DNA of 64,000 bases from Uloborus diversus (Eukaryota): positions 29,428,384 through 29,492,383 of the forward strand of contig NC_072740.1 in the NCBI RefSeq assembly GCF_026930045.1, read 5' to 3'. Positions 1-12,453 of the stretch are shown here, in pieces. Within the stretch, counting starts at the first letter, position 1, and each line of letters opens with the position of its first letter. The notes under the pieces are model-generated. The model worked only from the letters and a program-made list of their open reading frames with translations. It was not told the DNA's origin and ran no database searches. The position numbers were made by a program, and so were the translations under genes.

Positions 1-3000
1 TGAGTGGTCGTTATAATGAGCGCCGACTGTATACATAAAAAACTGGGGAATATGGGTTTTCTACTGGAAAACTGATAGATGCCCCCCCCCCCCTTTGCTT
101 TCGTTATTATAATTAGAATAAACTGCTAGAATATTTTGTTCCTGCTTTTTTATTAGCTTGCTTGTTTTGTAGTTAATCAATGTGACAGATTGAGCCTAAA
201 AATTCCAATTTTGTTACAATCATATTTCATGAATACATTTAATTTCATTGTAATCAGCTCTTAATTTCTATTCCCACAGGTAACAGGTTTTTTGATATTA
301 TGACTGGTTTTCAAATTATCTGGCTAATTAGTTTCACTAATTAAAGCTTTAAAATTTAATTTTGTTTTAATCATATGTACATATGCATTTTATTCAGTTC
401 TTTATTTCTTTTACCGCAAGTGACCTTTGTTTTTCGATACAGGGCTTAGTTCTCAAGTTAATAAAACATTTAGTTTTATTAATTAAAACTTTGAAATTTA
501 AATTTATTCTAACCATATCAAGTAGGTACTCATTTTGACCAGCTCGTAATTTCATTTTCCTCAAGTTACCTTGTTTTTTTTAATATTCTACCCTGATGGC
601 ATTTCTCTATTGCAGATTTAGCTAGGGGAGCCCATCCCACAAAAGTGATGGTGCCCTTTTCAATTTCACTTGTCTGCAAAAAAGAAAACTTTTTTTCTGT
701 TACATTTAGAAAAATACCTCATCTTAATGTAAAATGATGAGCTGAAAATTCAAATATGCAAACAATTTTTCTCCATCACCCACAGATTTTTTGTAACACG
801 AGACAAAAGTTTGAATGAAATGCACAAATTAACATGCATGACTAACACTAAAATAATGATCAAAAACTTAGCTATTGTTCTTTTCTTCCTGTATTTGTGT
901 ATTTGGCATCAGGAACATCTCTCTTAAGTGTCTAGCATTAATCAGCAAGAATTTATTCATTTTGAGAATGTGGACCTCTTCAAACCTGCAATTTTTTAGC
1001 TTTACTTTAACAATACTTAGAAATTCTGGTTCTAAGTATTATTAAAGTAAATAAGTAAAAGTAAGTAAAAGTAAAAGTAAAGTATTATAAAAAGTATTCA
1101 AATTCAGCTCTAGTGTTACAAAGTCTAAACAAAGATTAATCCAGAAAAGACTTGCAAATCTCCATATGTTTCATTTCGATTATATATTCATTTCGATTAT
1201 TATATATTCATTTCGATTGAATATGCTAGTGATACCCAAGGCAACGTGTTTCAATCATGTAATGTATAGCTTTTAAACTAGTTTTGAAAACGTTAATACC
1301 AAGTCTCAACTGTTTGATATTAAAATACAAACATATCCATTACAGAGTCAATACAATTTCAGTATACTAAATCATGTTTCTTAGAGTAAAACCTATGAAT
1401 TCTTTTTGTTTGCATCAAAATTTAAAAACACAGAAAATGATTCAATTCAGGTAGCGTATATCACAAAAATGAAGTGCCATTAAGACTTGTCTACCATGTT
1501 ACCACAGCAGTACCAGCAAACCTGACTATAACCTGTGATCTATCTCCACATTTCTTGTCTTTATGACAAAATTTTAGTTGTTAAATATGGGTGTTTATTG
1601 TTATGTGATATGGGAAAACACCGGGAAAAATAAATTACTTAAAAACCTATGATTACACAAAAACTGCGGGTGGTGGGAAAAAGTCTAAGTATATATTTGA
1701 AATCAGCGTCAAAAACTACCCTAGGAACACTATAAATGTTTCATGTAACGAAACCTTTGTTTTCCAGTGTTTTATCGAGCCCCCTCCCCTTCTCCCGAAA
1801 AAAAATGTGACCACCTCTTTAAGAGACAAAAATCCTTTTAACCCAAGTGTAGTTATGTCTCTTTAAGACGGTACGTTATTACGCTGGCGCTCCCATTTTG
1901 ATCTTTTCCCCGCCCTAGAGATTTATGATATGAAAAAGAATTTTAAATGATTTCTTTTAGTGTTTGCTTCAGCTAATAGAATATATATTATTTAATAAAA
2001 CTAATGTAATGAAGAACAATACTTACAGCATACGCTGAAAGAAAGTAACTATCGCTGACCTGACTAGATTGTTATTGGTCTGAAAGACTGACATATATTT
2101 ACAAAAGGTATGCAGTCTGGAAATACTGAAAGAAATTCTTAGAATTATGTGTGAAAGTTGTGGAGTTACTCAAGTTCAGCTACACAGGTGGGCTCCATTA
2201 TCAAGATAAGGGACTTGGGGACCCGTGCGGAACTCTGCACTGTGCTTTAAATCGTTTCATGTGGTTTTTCACTCTTTAAAAATTTCACAGAAAGGACATT
2301 ATGAAAAATAATTTAAAAAAAGTACACGGATGTTGGCACAAAAGAAGGCATGTAATTTGAAGATAACAGTAACAAAGCCCCTGTAAATAAAATGTTAGTA
2401 GTGATAATGTGACCATTACTCACTTTTTGGTTGTACGAATCGTCAATGCAAACATAAATATCATTAAAAGTTCTTATTCGTGAAACAGCAGTAATTGTGA
2501 ATGTGAAAAAACGGGTTGTGGCAAATACAATCGTGGCTATGTGAATCTCTGATGGAAACAAAACAAAACAAATAAAAATATTAAAACAATATTTATTGGC
2601 ACAGATTTGAACTGACGCCATTCTGACTATCAGCATGACACCTTAATCAACTGAGCAAAGATTAAAAACAAGTTTTTTTTTGAAAATTTTTATAATTTCC
2701 CATAGTAGGCTACTTTAACCGTTCACGGTAAAAATCATTCAGAAACGTTTCTGGAAATTAATGGGCAGCTTTTTTGCCCAATTTGTGTTACTAACATATC
2801 TTGCAAAAACCAGGAACGTTTCTGTTAAAAATCAGCAATCTTCCTGAAATTAGTCGTGAATCTTTATGAAGACTATGGAGATCTTATCAGTTAAAGCCAA
2901 TCTAGAGCTTTTAAAGGAAATTCAGTAGTTGTAATAAAATTGATTAGAATCTTCCAGACTATCTAAGTAAGCTCAAGAAGCATCAATGGAAACATAGCCA

Positions 3001-6000
3001 GAGTGCTAAGGCGGAGTTGCTAGTAATATGCCCAATCTCACTGCCTGCAATTCTTGCTTTGCAAAGTTGCAGCTATCCAGAAATTTATTCGCTCTCATTG
3101 GAAGCTTAGTCTCCCTGAATGGGCCACAATCTAACTGAAAACGATACACTGATGATGATAAATGAACTCAGTTAATCTTCAAACTGGTAGCTAAACATAT
3201 TTTTTACACCAGTTAGTAATCTGCATTCGTACAACGTGAAGCAATTCAGGAAACTTTTTTGCAAAGATACTTGATTTTACGGGGAAATAGGTGAAAACCC
3301 GTGAAATCCCGCAACGTTTCATGGATATCATCAGTAAAGTTTCGGAACTTTTTTACAGTGTTACGGCTTGGATGCCAATACATGTTTTTCTCCTAATCAA
3401 GCAGTTAAGAAACAAAATCAAAATCTGTTGAACTGAGTCAGTTTTTTAAGTGTAATTTGTGTTATCAGCCGAATGGTATACTGATTGAGCTACTCAGCTC
3501 AGTCGGTCAGAAAGCAAGGATTAATTTACCCAATCAAATCAGTCTGAGCCTTTTAAACTTTCTTTTTTAAAAACAGGCCAAATATGAGATTTTTTTTAGC
3601 CGAAAGTTATTGGCAAAATTGGAAAATTGGATTAGAATTCTATGCTGATGAAAAAAAAACATTGGAACGAAAATTTCCGTTCCAGATACGATTTGCCATC
3701 TTCTCGTTTATACGCAACGCTTTATCCTGCCGAGTACATTTTTAACCTAAGCTTTCGAGTGCTCAGGATAAAATTTTGAAATGAACAACAATTTTAACTT
3801 GTTTTTTTCACCTAAAAATGTAAAAATTCTAATTTTATTTTTAGCCAGTAACCTCGCACTAAAAAAGTTCTCAGCAGCCATTTTGTAGGAGTTAAAAAAG
3901 CTGAATGATGAAAATGAGGAACGCATTTTCCGTTTTCGCTTGAAAATTGACGGACGAAAAATCAAACCCCTTTCCTCAAAATGGACAACATATTCGAGAG
4001 AAATGCACAAAGATTCTAAACTCTGGGGAAAACACTGCAACTCCTTCATACCAACACTCCCCTAATTATCTTGCCCCAATCCCCTATTCACAAAATTTCC
4101 AAGAAAAGGGATGAAAAACGTTAAACAATTGTCCCTGGAACTGGTTTTACTACAAACATTGCCAAAGCAAAACGATAATTGAAACTTGCTTCTGTGCAAA
4201 AATTTCGACATATCAAGGGTTTCGAAAAATAAATTTTGAGATAACTATGGAAAATACATAGGGTTTTTATAGAAAATGCTGGAGAAAATTTTTGTTTCGA
4301 GACATCGAGGGTTTCGAGATAAGGAGGTTCGAGATATCAAGGTTTGACTGTATAGTAATTAGCCTTTTTTATGCACTCTTGTAAACTTTTTCCTACAAAA
4401 GAATAACCAAGGTATGTCTTCCAAGTAAAGTAAGCTCTTCTCAGGGGCTGTAGTTGTACTAGTTGAGGGAGTGGAGGTATAAAATTGCCAAAAAAAGTGT
4501 AGGAATCGCTATTTTATTTTAACTGTTAAACCCTATAACTGGAAAGTATAAATCACTAGGGAATAAACGCATCTGTAAATGGTGTTCAACAGTGTACTGG
4601 CTTTTTAAATTGTATGCGCAATATCTTTAATGAGGATAAATGTAGAAGAAGAACGGGGGTACATATGGGCACTAACTGGCAATTAATTCTTCATCGAATA
4701 AGTTAAGCTATTTTCATAGATTAGTAGTAGTGTGTAAGAACTGCAGTTGTGTATATAGTTTTATTTCCCAATAAATAACTATGTGATATCTATTATGTCT
4801 AATATATCTCATTTTCTCATATTTTGTGTAATATATTAAGTAATAAAAATGTAATGGTGGCTTAAGGTGCTGTTTCATGTCTAAATGCTCTAATAACTAT
4901 GTTAAAAACCTATTTAAATTGTCCTAAGTAAGTTTATGTGCTCTAGTTAAGAAAATATTTAGTTAATACAGAATCCTACTTCGCGAAAATTCTGTTATCG
5001 CGGTAAAGCCTGGAACAAATTAACCGCGATAAACGAGGTTTGACTGTATATTATTTTATACTAGCAGCAATGTTGTCACTCTATGTAACTAGTTTACCAA
5101 AATGTTGTGCTTACATAATAAACTTATCCTTTTTGTATATTTTTAGGATTAAAGCGGAAGAAAAAACGCAAGATCATTGCTCTACAAGGTAGAAGTCATA
5201 AAATTGCTCCATCAGGTTATATTTTATTTCTGAATGTAAATTAAAATGCAATGAAGTGAAATCTCTGAACAGTGACTATTAATGAGCCCAGATATAACTT
5301 GCTTTGTTTTTTTTTTTTTTTTGGGTGCAGATACTACGCCAGAAATTAATTAATTTCATTTCAAAGGTAGCCATTAAAAGTTGATATTGACTATCATTTA
5401 GTGCCGTAAGTGATTAAAGGAATATTTTTTTTACTATATAAAACAGACAAAAGTACTCAGAAGTTTAAATGTTAAAGGTTTTTTTTTTACTTTTTTTTTC
5501 AAAAAAAGGAAAAAACGCAAATTAACTTTGTAGGACGAAAATTGCAAAGCTTATAAAATGCTGTGAAATTTTAAATTTTATTCAAGTTAGTTAAAAATTG
5601 TCAATGTTTTAGAGTTTAGTTCGAAGCTACCTAATGTAACACTGTCATCATTTGGCTTATGTTATGAAACAATCATTTCTTGGACAATGACAAACTACAT
5701 CAAACTATATCTATTTCAGATTAAACTTAAAAATGTCTTAGTTTTTCAACTCCTTGCCATAGTTAATATTTTAAAGAAATTTTGTAGATTGCACAAAATT
5801 TGTTAATAACATGAACTTGATTCAAAATTTTTGGCAATACCACTTTCCCACATGTTAAAATTGAATTTCTAAAATTGACTATCTTTCTCTTTCTTACTCT
5901 GGTTCAGCCCTAAATTAGTTCAAATGTTTTAAAAATGAGTAATACCCTTAATATCAAACAGCGCCGACCAGACGCTATGTCAGGCATGTCAGCCGTTGGA

Positions 6001-6597
6001 GGAGAGAGGGGGACAGCTTGGAATCAGAGTAAGTTTTGTGAGAGAGAGGGGGGGGGGAGAAGGACCTGGTGTACCAAACTGACCAAGTGTCCCATCTTGA
6101 CTCTTGGTGGCCCTGTTATCAAAATAAAACTATATCTTTTAATGAAGGAATAAAACTGTTACCAGCTTTAAATAATCTCAAACTGCTAGGATTTATTTTA
6201 CAGTGATTTTTAAGCTTCAGTGTTTCAAAAAAGAAAAAAACTAGGTTTTGATTATTGCCAATCAACATATCGTCGCCTCACAGCAAGAGTAAGACATGTG
6301 CAAAAAGAGAGTTTCTAGTAAAATTGATTTGAAATTTCGATGTTTTTTTCAATGCTGAATATCTGAGGTTGTAATTCATTGATTTAAAAAAAAAAAAATG
6401 GGAACTCCCCTAGCTTTTGAGTACATTTTAAGGGGTGTACTTAAATATTCAATTAATCTTGTAGGAAAATAATTAAATTCACTTGTCCTACTGTTGCTCT
6501 TAATGTTTCTAAAGACAACTAAGATATAAAAGCGAATAGAAACATGTCCTAGTTTTTTACCTAAAAAAATCATTTTTAATTAAGACACTGCTAAGAT

Positions 6598-6749
6598 CAG
6601 GGCTGCAGAGTCGGAGAGAAAAAGACCAACTCCGACAGCACTGGTAGAGTTGCAGACTTTGAGGAAAAATGACTGACTCTGAGTCTTTAAATTTAAAACC
6701 TTCAACTCCTTTACCACAAAATGAGCCTGACTCCGACTCCGCAACCCTG
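6598..6749. mobile_element. 152 bp MITE/hairpin with 19 bp TIR CAGGGCTGCAGAGTCGGAG
   Basis: The left end is CAGGGCTGCAGAGTCGGAG and the right end is CTCCGACTCCGCAACCCTG. It has a hAT-like CAGGG terminus. Confidence 0.45.
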
Positions 6750-8165
6750 GCTAGCATAAATGTAGAGTTGTTGTTTTGCTGCTTCCAGCTCATCAGTAAT
6801 GTGGATTGAAAATAAACTGTTTTGTGTTTGTGTTGAGAAATTTAAAAGAGTCTAATGCTATTAAACTTTTTTATTGGAAGTACATCAAAACTAGATAATA
6901 TTCGGAATTGCAATTATTATCATTGTCATTAGTTGCGGATCCCTTTAGACACGTAAAGAAGTATTGCTTCTTTGGAATCATATTTTGTTCGTGCATGGAA
7001 ACCAGATCATTTTTCTTTTAGATTGGAATGGATGGTTTTTCTGTATAAACTGGATTTGGTAGAACTTGTTTTCTTTTTTCTCGAGTTTTTCTTCTTACTT
7101 CAATTATACGAACATTATACTCTTTTTCAGGAAATGAAGTCTTGTAAAATATTGAATTTGGGAGTCTCTTTTGAACAGGATTAGTAAAATAGTTCTAAAA
7201 AAAACTTTTTCAGTCTAAAGAAACTTCGAAAATCATGTCAACAGATTTTCATTAAAAAAATCATAAAATTTTAAGCAGTGCCCCCCTCCCCCCCAAAAAA
7301 AAAGCGCCATTCAAATTCAGATAATATTTCCCCAAAACCCCGATTAGAATAGAACAGCAGTTCCGTAAAACCCTCATAAATAGAGCTAACAGTCTTTATG
7401 AAAATTAGATCAAGGACTACGATCATCATAAAAGTCTTCAATGAAGTTAAAACCAAATTGTGATCTCCCTACTTCAGAAAAAACATTGAATCACAAAAAA
7501 AAAAAAAAGCGAAAAAAGAATTAGAAGGGAAATTGAAGAATGAAAGGAAAACTCATTTAAAAAACCCCGTCAAGATAGCACCCTTTTTTGGATCGTCTGT
7601 AAAATGCATTTCCAGATATTAATCCTAAAGAATTAAAATCCATTTAAAAATATTCATAAATCCATAATTCGCAAAAAAGAATGAAAAAGAAAAATGAAAT
7701 CATTTTTTCTATCAGCTGCGAAAAAACAAAATTACAGCTAATGAGCGCTACATTAGAATTAGAGCTATTTGTTGACCTTTACAGTTATAACTCTAGAAGA
7801 AGAGGTTACAAATAGACACACTGACATACAGACAGACAGAGACAAAGACAGATTTCCACATATTTTAATAGAATAGATTATGCATATAAAAAATTGCCAG
7901 AAAAAATATTGCACATTTTTTTTACTAAACAATATCATTTTAAATAAAATATTCACTAAACAGACACACAAAAAATAAATGAAAATCCCTATATAAAACA
8001 AAGTATTATATTTTTTCTATCATTAAAAGAATACATTTCTATAAAATTGTGAATAGAATTAATTCTGTTGAAAACTTTTCCAAGGAATTTCTTCAATAAA
8101 ATTGTCTGTAGAGTTCTATAGAAAACTTTTCAAAAGAACTTTCTAATAGAAAATGTATAGATTTT

Positions 8166-8401
8166 TATACTGCCGTGGCAAGGTAAAACAGAGCATCTGC
8201 AAAAATGAGGTTTTGAGATATTTGAAGAAACGTGTTTTGAACTCCATACTAACAATAGGGAAATGTTAGAATTCGACGTTTTTTACGTGCTTTATTTTAC
8301 TAGAAACCAAACCTTGTAAAATTAAGCTAAAGTACATTAGATGACGGATATAGAAAAAAAAAATTTGCAGATACTGCTCTTCACTTTCCCACGGCAGTAT
8401 A
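8166..8401. mobile_element. 236 bp MITE with TIR TATACTGCCGTGGCAAGG
   Basis: TATACTGCCGTGGCAAGGTAAAACAGAGCATCTGC at 8166 is matched by GCAGATACTGCTCTTCACTTTCCCACGGCAGTATA at 8367-8401. Confidence 0.5.
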
Positions 8402-9541
8402 GAACTCTATAATAATGCTATAATTGAACTAAATATTCACCTTTTGATAATGGTGTCATCCTAACTGCGCATTTTTTAAACTCCTATTTTTATAATGCTA
8501 CAGAAGTTGTAGATAGAAAATAAGCTTCAAATATACTTTGCTTTCAATTTTGACAGTATTTCAATGAAATAGAATTTTTTCTGCCATTAATCGGCATTAA
8601 CTATTATCATGCCTAACAGAGGAACAATGCTGAAAAACTTCGGACAGCTTTTGAGAGCGTTTTATAGTTTAAAATAAAATTATCACTTGCCTGCTGCAAT
8701 ATATATATATATATATATATATAAATCATGAAAAACAGAAACTAAAGTTAGTGTGCGTTAATATGTTAGAGCAACATTAGCAAATTTAATATTTTGGTGC
8801 TCATATTTTACTGAAACAGAAGGATATCTGATTTAACCTAGTGTTGCCCTAAACTAAGATGAATTTTGGAACTTCTGCAACACAAAGTTATGATTTGCAC
8901 ACAAAAGATTTGAGAATATAAAATTTTTTTGAACATTTCACTAAATAAAGGCACATTTGGTAATATTAACAATACCATGAACTCATTTTTGTTTTTTTGA
9001 AGATGTCTTACTGTTGCTCTGAGGCGACGATATATAGATAAGTAACAAAATAATACACACGCCCTTGAAAAATACATGGTCTATTTCAAAGAAGCAAAAC
9101 ATGCACGTCACTTTGCTCTCAAGTCTGCCTCTCCATGATTATGAAGAATGAGGTATGGGTCATTTATCATCAGTTATAGGTGTTGCATGAGCTTTCCATA
9201 TGCCCTAAAAAACTCAATAATGACTGATCTGCCAGAGTTTGAAAAGACATGATTTTTGTAATGAGACTGCACATTAAATATGGTGACTGCTCAGTGAAAA
9301 AAGCATGAAATTTGGTAATATGTCGTCTGCGAAGTACAACAGTGGATGGAAAACAAAGCTTTCTAAGAGGGATAAAAAAGAGTTGACCCACTCCGGTTGT
9401 CCGAAAACTCAAGAAATCTTTACCCCAGATAACACCAGATAGGTACTAACTGGTAGCTAATACAGTATTAGCACTGACCAGACGAGTGACTGAAGAAATG
9501 GTTCGGTTCAACTTGAAGATTGAAGGCAAGGCAGTGGTAAT

Positions 9542-9765
9542 TTCAGTAAGTTACCGCCCTATATAACGCCCTAGATACCGCCCGCATTTGTTTGGCACTC
9601 TTGGCTTCTTTAAGAGGTTTTCCACCTCCAGCTCAGTAACTTCCTAAGCCAGACTGATGAATGCTAATAAGCAAGAAACTGCAGTCCTCAGCTGGAATGA
9701 CTGAGCTGGCGATGTATTTCATGTATTTCTGCCTTAGCCCTTGCTATAGGGCAGTAACTTACTGA
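9542..9765. repeat. Inverted 22 bp repeats (TTCAGTAAGTTACCGCCCTATA / TATAGGGCAGTAACTTACTGAA) bounding a 224 bp segment, MITE-like
   Basis: The two arms are a perfect 22 bp reverse-complement pair. Confidence 0.4.
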
Positions 9766-12360
9766 AACAACCAAATACTTGACAGCTCTGAATGGGCAGT
9801 GAGTATGGATATTGCAAAAACACTATTTTGAATAAGAAGAAATTAATTCAGTCACATTCTGTCAAGACCATGCTTTAGTGCATTTTGTGAGTTGGGAAGT
9901 AAGATATCACAAAACTAGAGCCTTACAAGCATTATTATTGTTTGTTTCATATCATTACGATCTTTAACTTTCATTTTTCTCGGACTTTTTTTCTATCTAA
10001 GTATTTTCTAACTCTTAAGTGTTTTTTCCTTTTGAAAATAACCTTAAAATTTTTGTAGATGTTTCCATATGTGTGATACGGCAAAAGTTAGATGTAGGTC
10101 AGATACGTATAGTTATATTTTCCGAATATATATTCAAAGTAAATATTTATTGAATTTTATTATTATTATTATTTTTTTTTTTTTTGAAATTTATCTACTA
10201 AAAGTATTTTGAATATCAACCAAAAGTTAGATTTTTAACACCATACCAATTTTTTTTCTAACAACTCAAGTAATTTAAATCACTTCGTGTTTTGAGAAAA
10301 TATTCAAAATTAAGTACTTAAAAAAAGATGTGAGAAGCTTTAAGCTTTCAATATTTAACCAAAAAAAAAAAAAAAAAAAAAAACAGGGCTGGCCAGACTG
10401 ACTTTTTCTTTTTTTGAAAACGAATATTCAAAATCATAAGCTGAAAAAGAAAAAGCATAAAATTATTACTTATAATGTTATAGTTTCAAAAAAATAAAAA
10501 ATAAAAATGCTGTGTTGCCTTTAAAATGAAAAACAAAAATGCTGAAATTTTTTTTTTAGTTTGCCATTTCTAAGTAAAAGTTCTTTTAATATTGATGCCA
10601 AATGCATGTGAAGTGCTGCAAGGAAAAAAGAAATATAAATAATGAGATTCTGTCATTATCACAGTTAAATACAAATGATGAAATTTTAACTCTCGTACAA
10701 AGTGTACCTGGGTTTATACTCAAATGAGAAGCACATTTTATCAACATGATACTATCCACATAATTGATATGAAGGGTTATCCTTGTGTACCTTCTCTCTT
10801 AGGGATATGTAAAAGACCAGGTTTGTGTACACTTTTCAGCATGATTTAACAGAACTGAATGAAAAAATTATACATACTGTCAATAACTTTGCTTAAAAAA
10901 AGTTGAGTAGAGTGTGGCAGAGTATTTTATTACAATTTATCTGGTAATTTTTATGTCACCTGAGATTACTTTTTTGTAATTTTCAAAAAATGTTCCTTTT
11001 TGTCATAATTTCATTCTACTTTTTATTTCTTTTTTCCATTTGTGTAAATAATATTAAATCTATATATCTATTTGAAGGGAAAGGTAAATTAAGAAGAAAA
11101 GCTCAACTACGTGAGTGTCATCCATTTGAAGCTGATTATTCTACTGATTCATCTTCGGATTTACGATCTCAATCCCGATCTCGATCTTTGTCGAGAGCAG
11201 GTATACATTTTAAGTTTCTTTCATTAAAAATTTAATGCTTTACCATATTACATTAAATGCATTAACTTATTATGTAAAACAAAATATAGTGAAACCGAAG
11301 TTTTTATGACAACATTTTGACAAGTAACTGCTTATGTTTTCACTTACTGACTGAATTGGACAGATGCCTTCTTTCAGTTACAGAAGAGTGTAGTAAGAAT
11401 TTCCTATTTATGATAACACATAAGGAATTTGAAAAACATCAAATACAGATACCTCTGAACACCTGTAATTCCCTCCCCCCCCCCTTTTGGAAAAAGTATT
11501 ATGTCGCACTACTTCTCAGTGTGAGTATGTAATGCAATATGTATATGTAGAGGGTTATTTAATATTCCTTCTGAGGTTTTGATGGTTAAAAAAAAAGAAA
11601 AAAACTCTGATGAATGTAGCAAAGAAGGGCATTTGACAGGGTGCAGAAAAAATTCAACTTTAATTCACATGCATTACAAGTATTCTCTTTGTAAACACTT
11701 GGTCACTCAACATACATCAGTGTAATATTTTATCTCCAACCACATTCTAACCTACATAATACAAAGCTATTGATGGTATGTACAGGGTGTCCTGAAATAG
11801 ACTGACCATTTTCAAAAATGTATAAAAGGAAACCGGTTAATGGTAAAAAATAATTTCTTGCGGAAAATTGACGTGGTGAACTGTAAGTTTTTTCCCCATG
11901 GGGTTCTAAATTTTATTTAGAATTTTTTTCAATAGATAGTGCTGTAGATAGTAAGCCTGTAAGTTAAAAGCTTACTGAAATTCACCGTTTTTTTCTTCGA
12001 TTGCGATTAGGACATGTGGTTCATAGTGGTGCCGACTCCATGGGGCCTGAGGGGGTTCGAGCTCCTTAAAAAACATTTTGGGGGTGGACAGAGCCCCCCA
12101 ATAACATATTTTGATTTCTAAAATCACAAAATTAGGTTAGCATTTTTCATTTTCGTTATTTCACGATAATTTCCTTGCAAAATAATAGTAAAAATCATGG
12201 TAAAGTTACGGTGCTGCAAGTTCTTTGAATTTATTGCACTTCGGGTAAAATCCGAACCGGCCTTGCGGCTGTGGCGACATGAAAAAGACTGGAGCAAAAG
12301 CGCCTGGAACTCTCCGTCTTGCATCCGTCGCCTTTACGCTTCGAGACAATACGATACCCC

Positions 12361-12375
12361 GGCTATATAAAGCCC
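12361..12375 (+). promoter_or_regulatory. TATA box (GGCTATATAAAGCCC) about 80 bp upstream of the transposase ATG
   Basis: It is a consensus TATAAA in GC-richer context immediately upstream of the 5' leader of the transposase ORF. Confidence 0.4.
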
Positions 12376-12453
12376 ACCCTGCTGGCGCAGGACGCAGTCA
12401 TTCAATGAGAATAGTTTCATTCAGTGCTTAGTGTATTCTGAATTAAGTTTGCA

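Noticed and set aside
2313-10000. Numerous 60-110 aa ORFs from the six-frame track (for example 2313-2636, 3747-4049, 5935-6153, 6557-6793, 7765-8001, 9170-9412)
   Set aside because: They are Lys/Phe/Ile/Asn-rich low-complexity translations, as expected by chance in AT-rich DNA. They have no recognisable domains, no splice-site framing and no codon-usage contrast with their surroundings.
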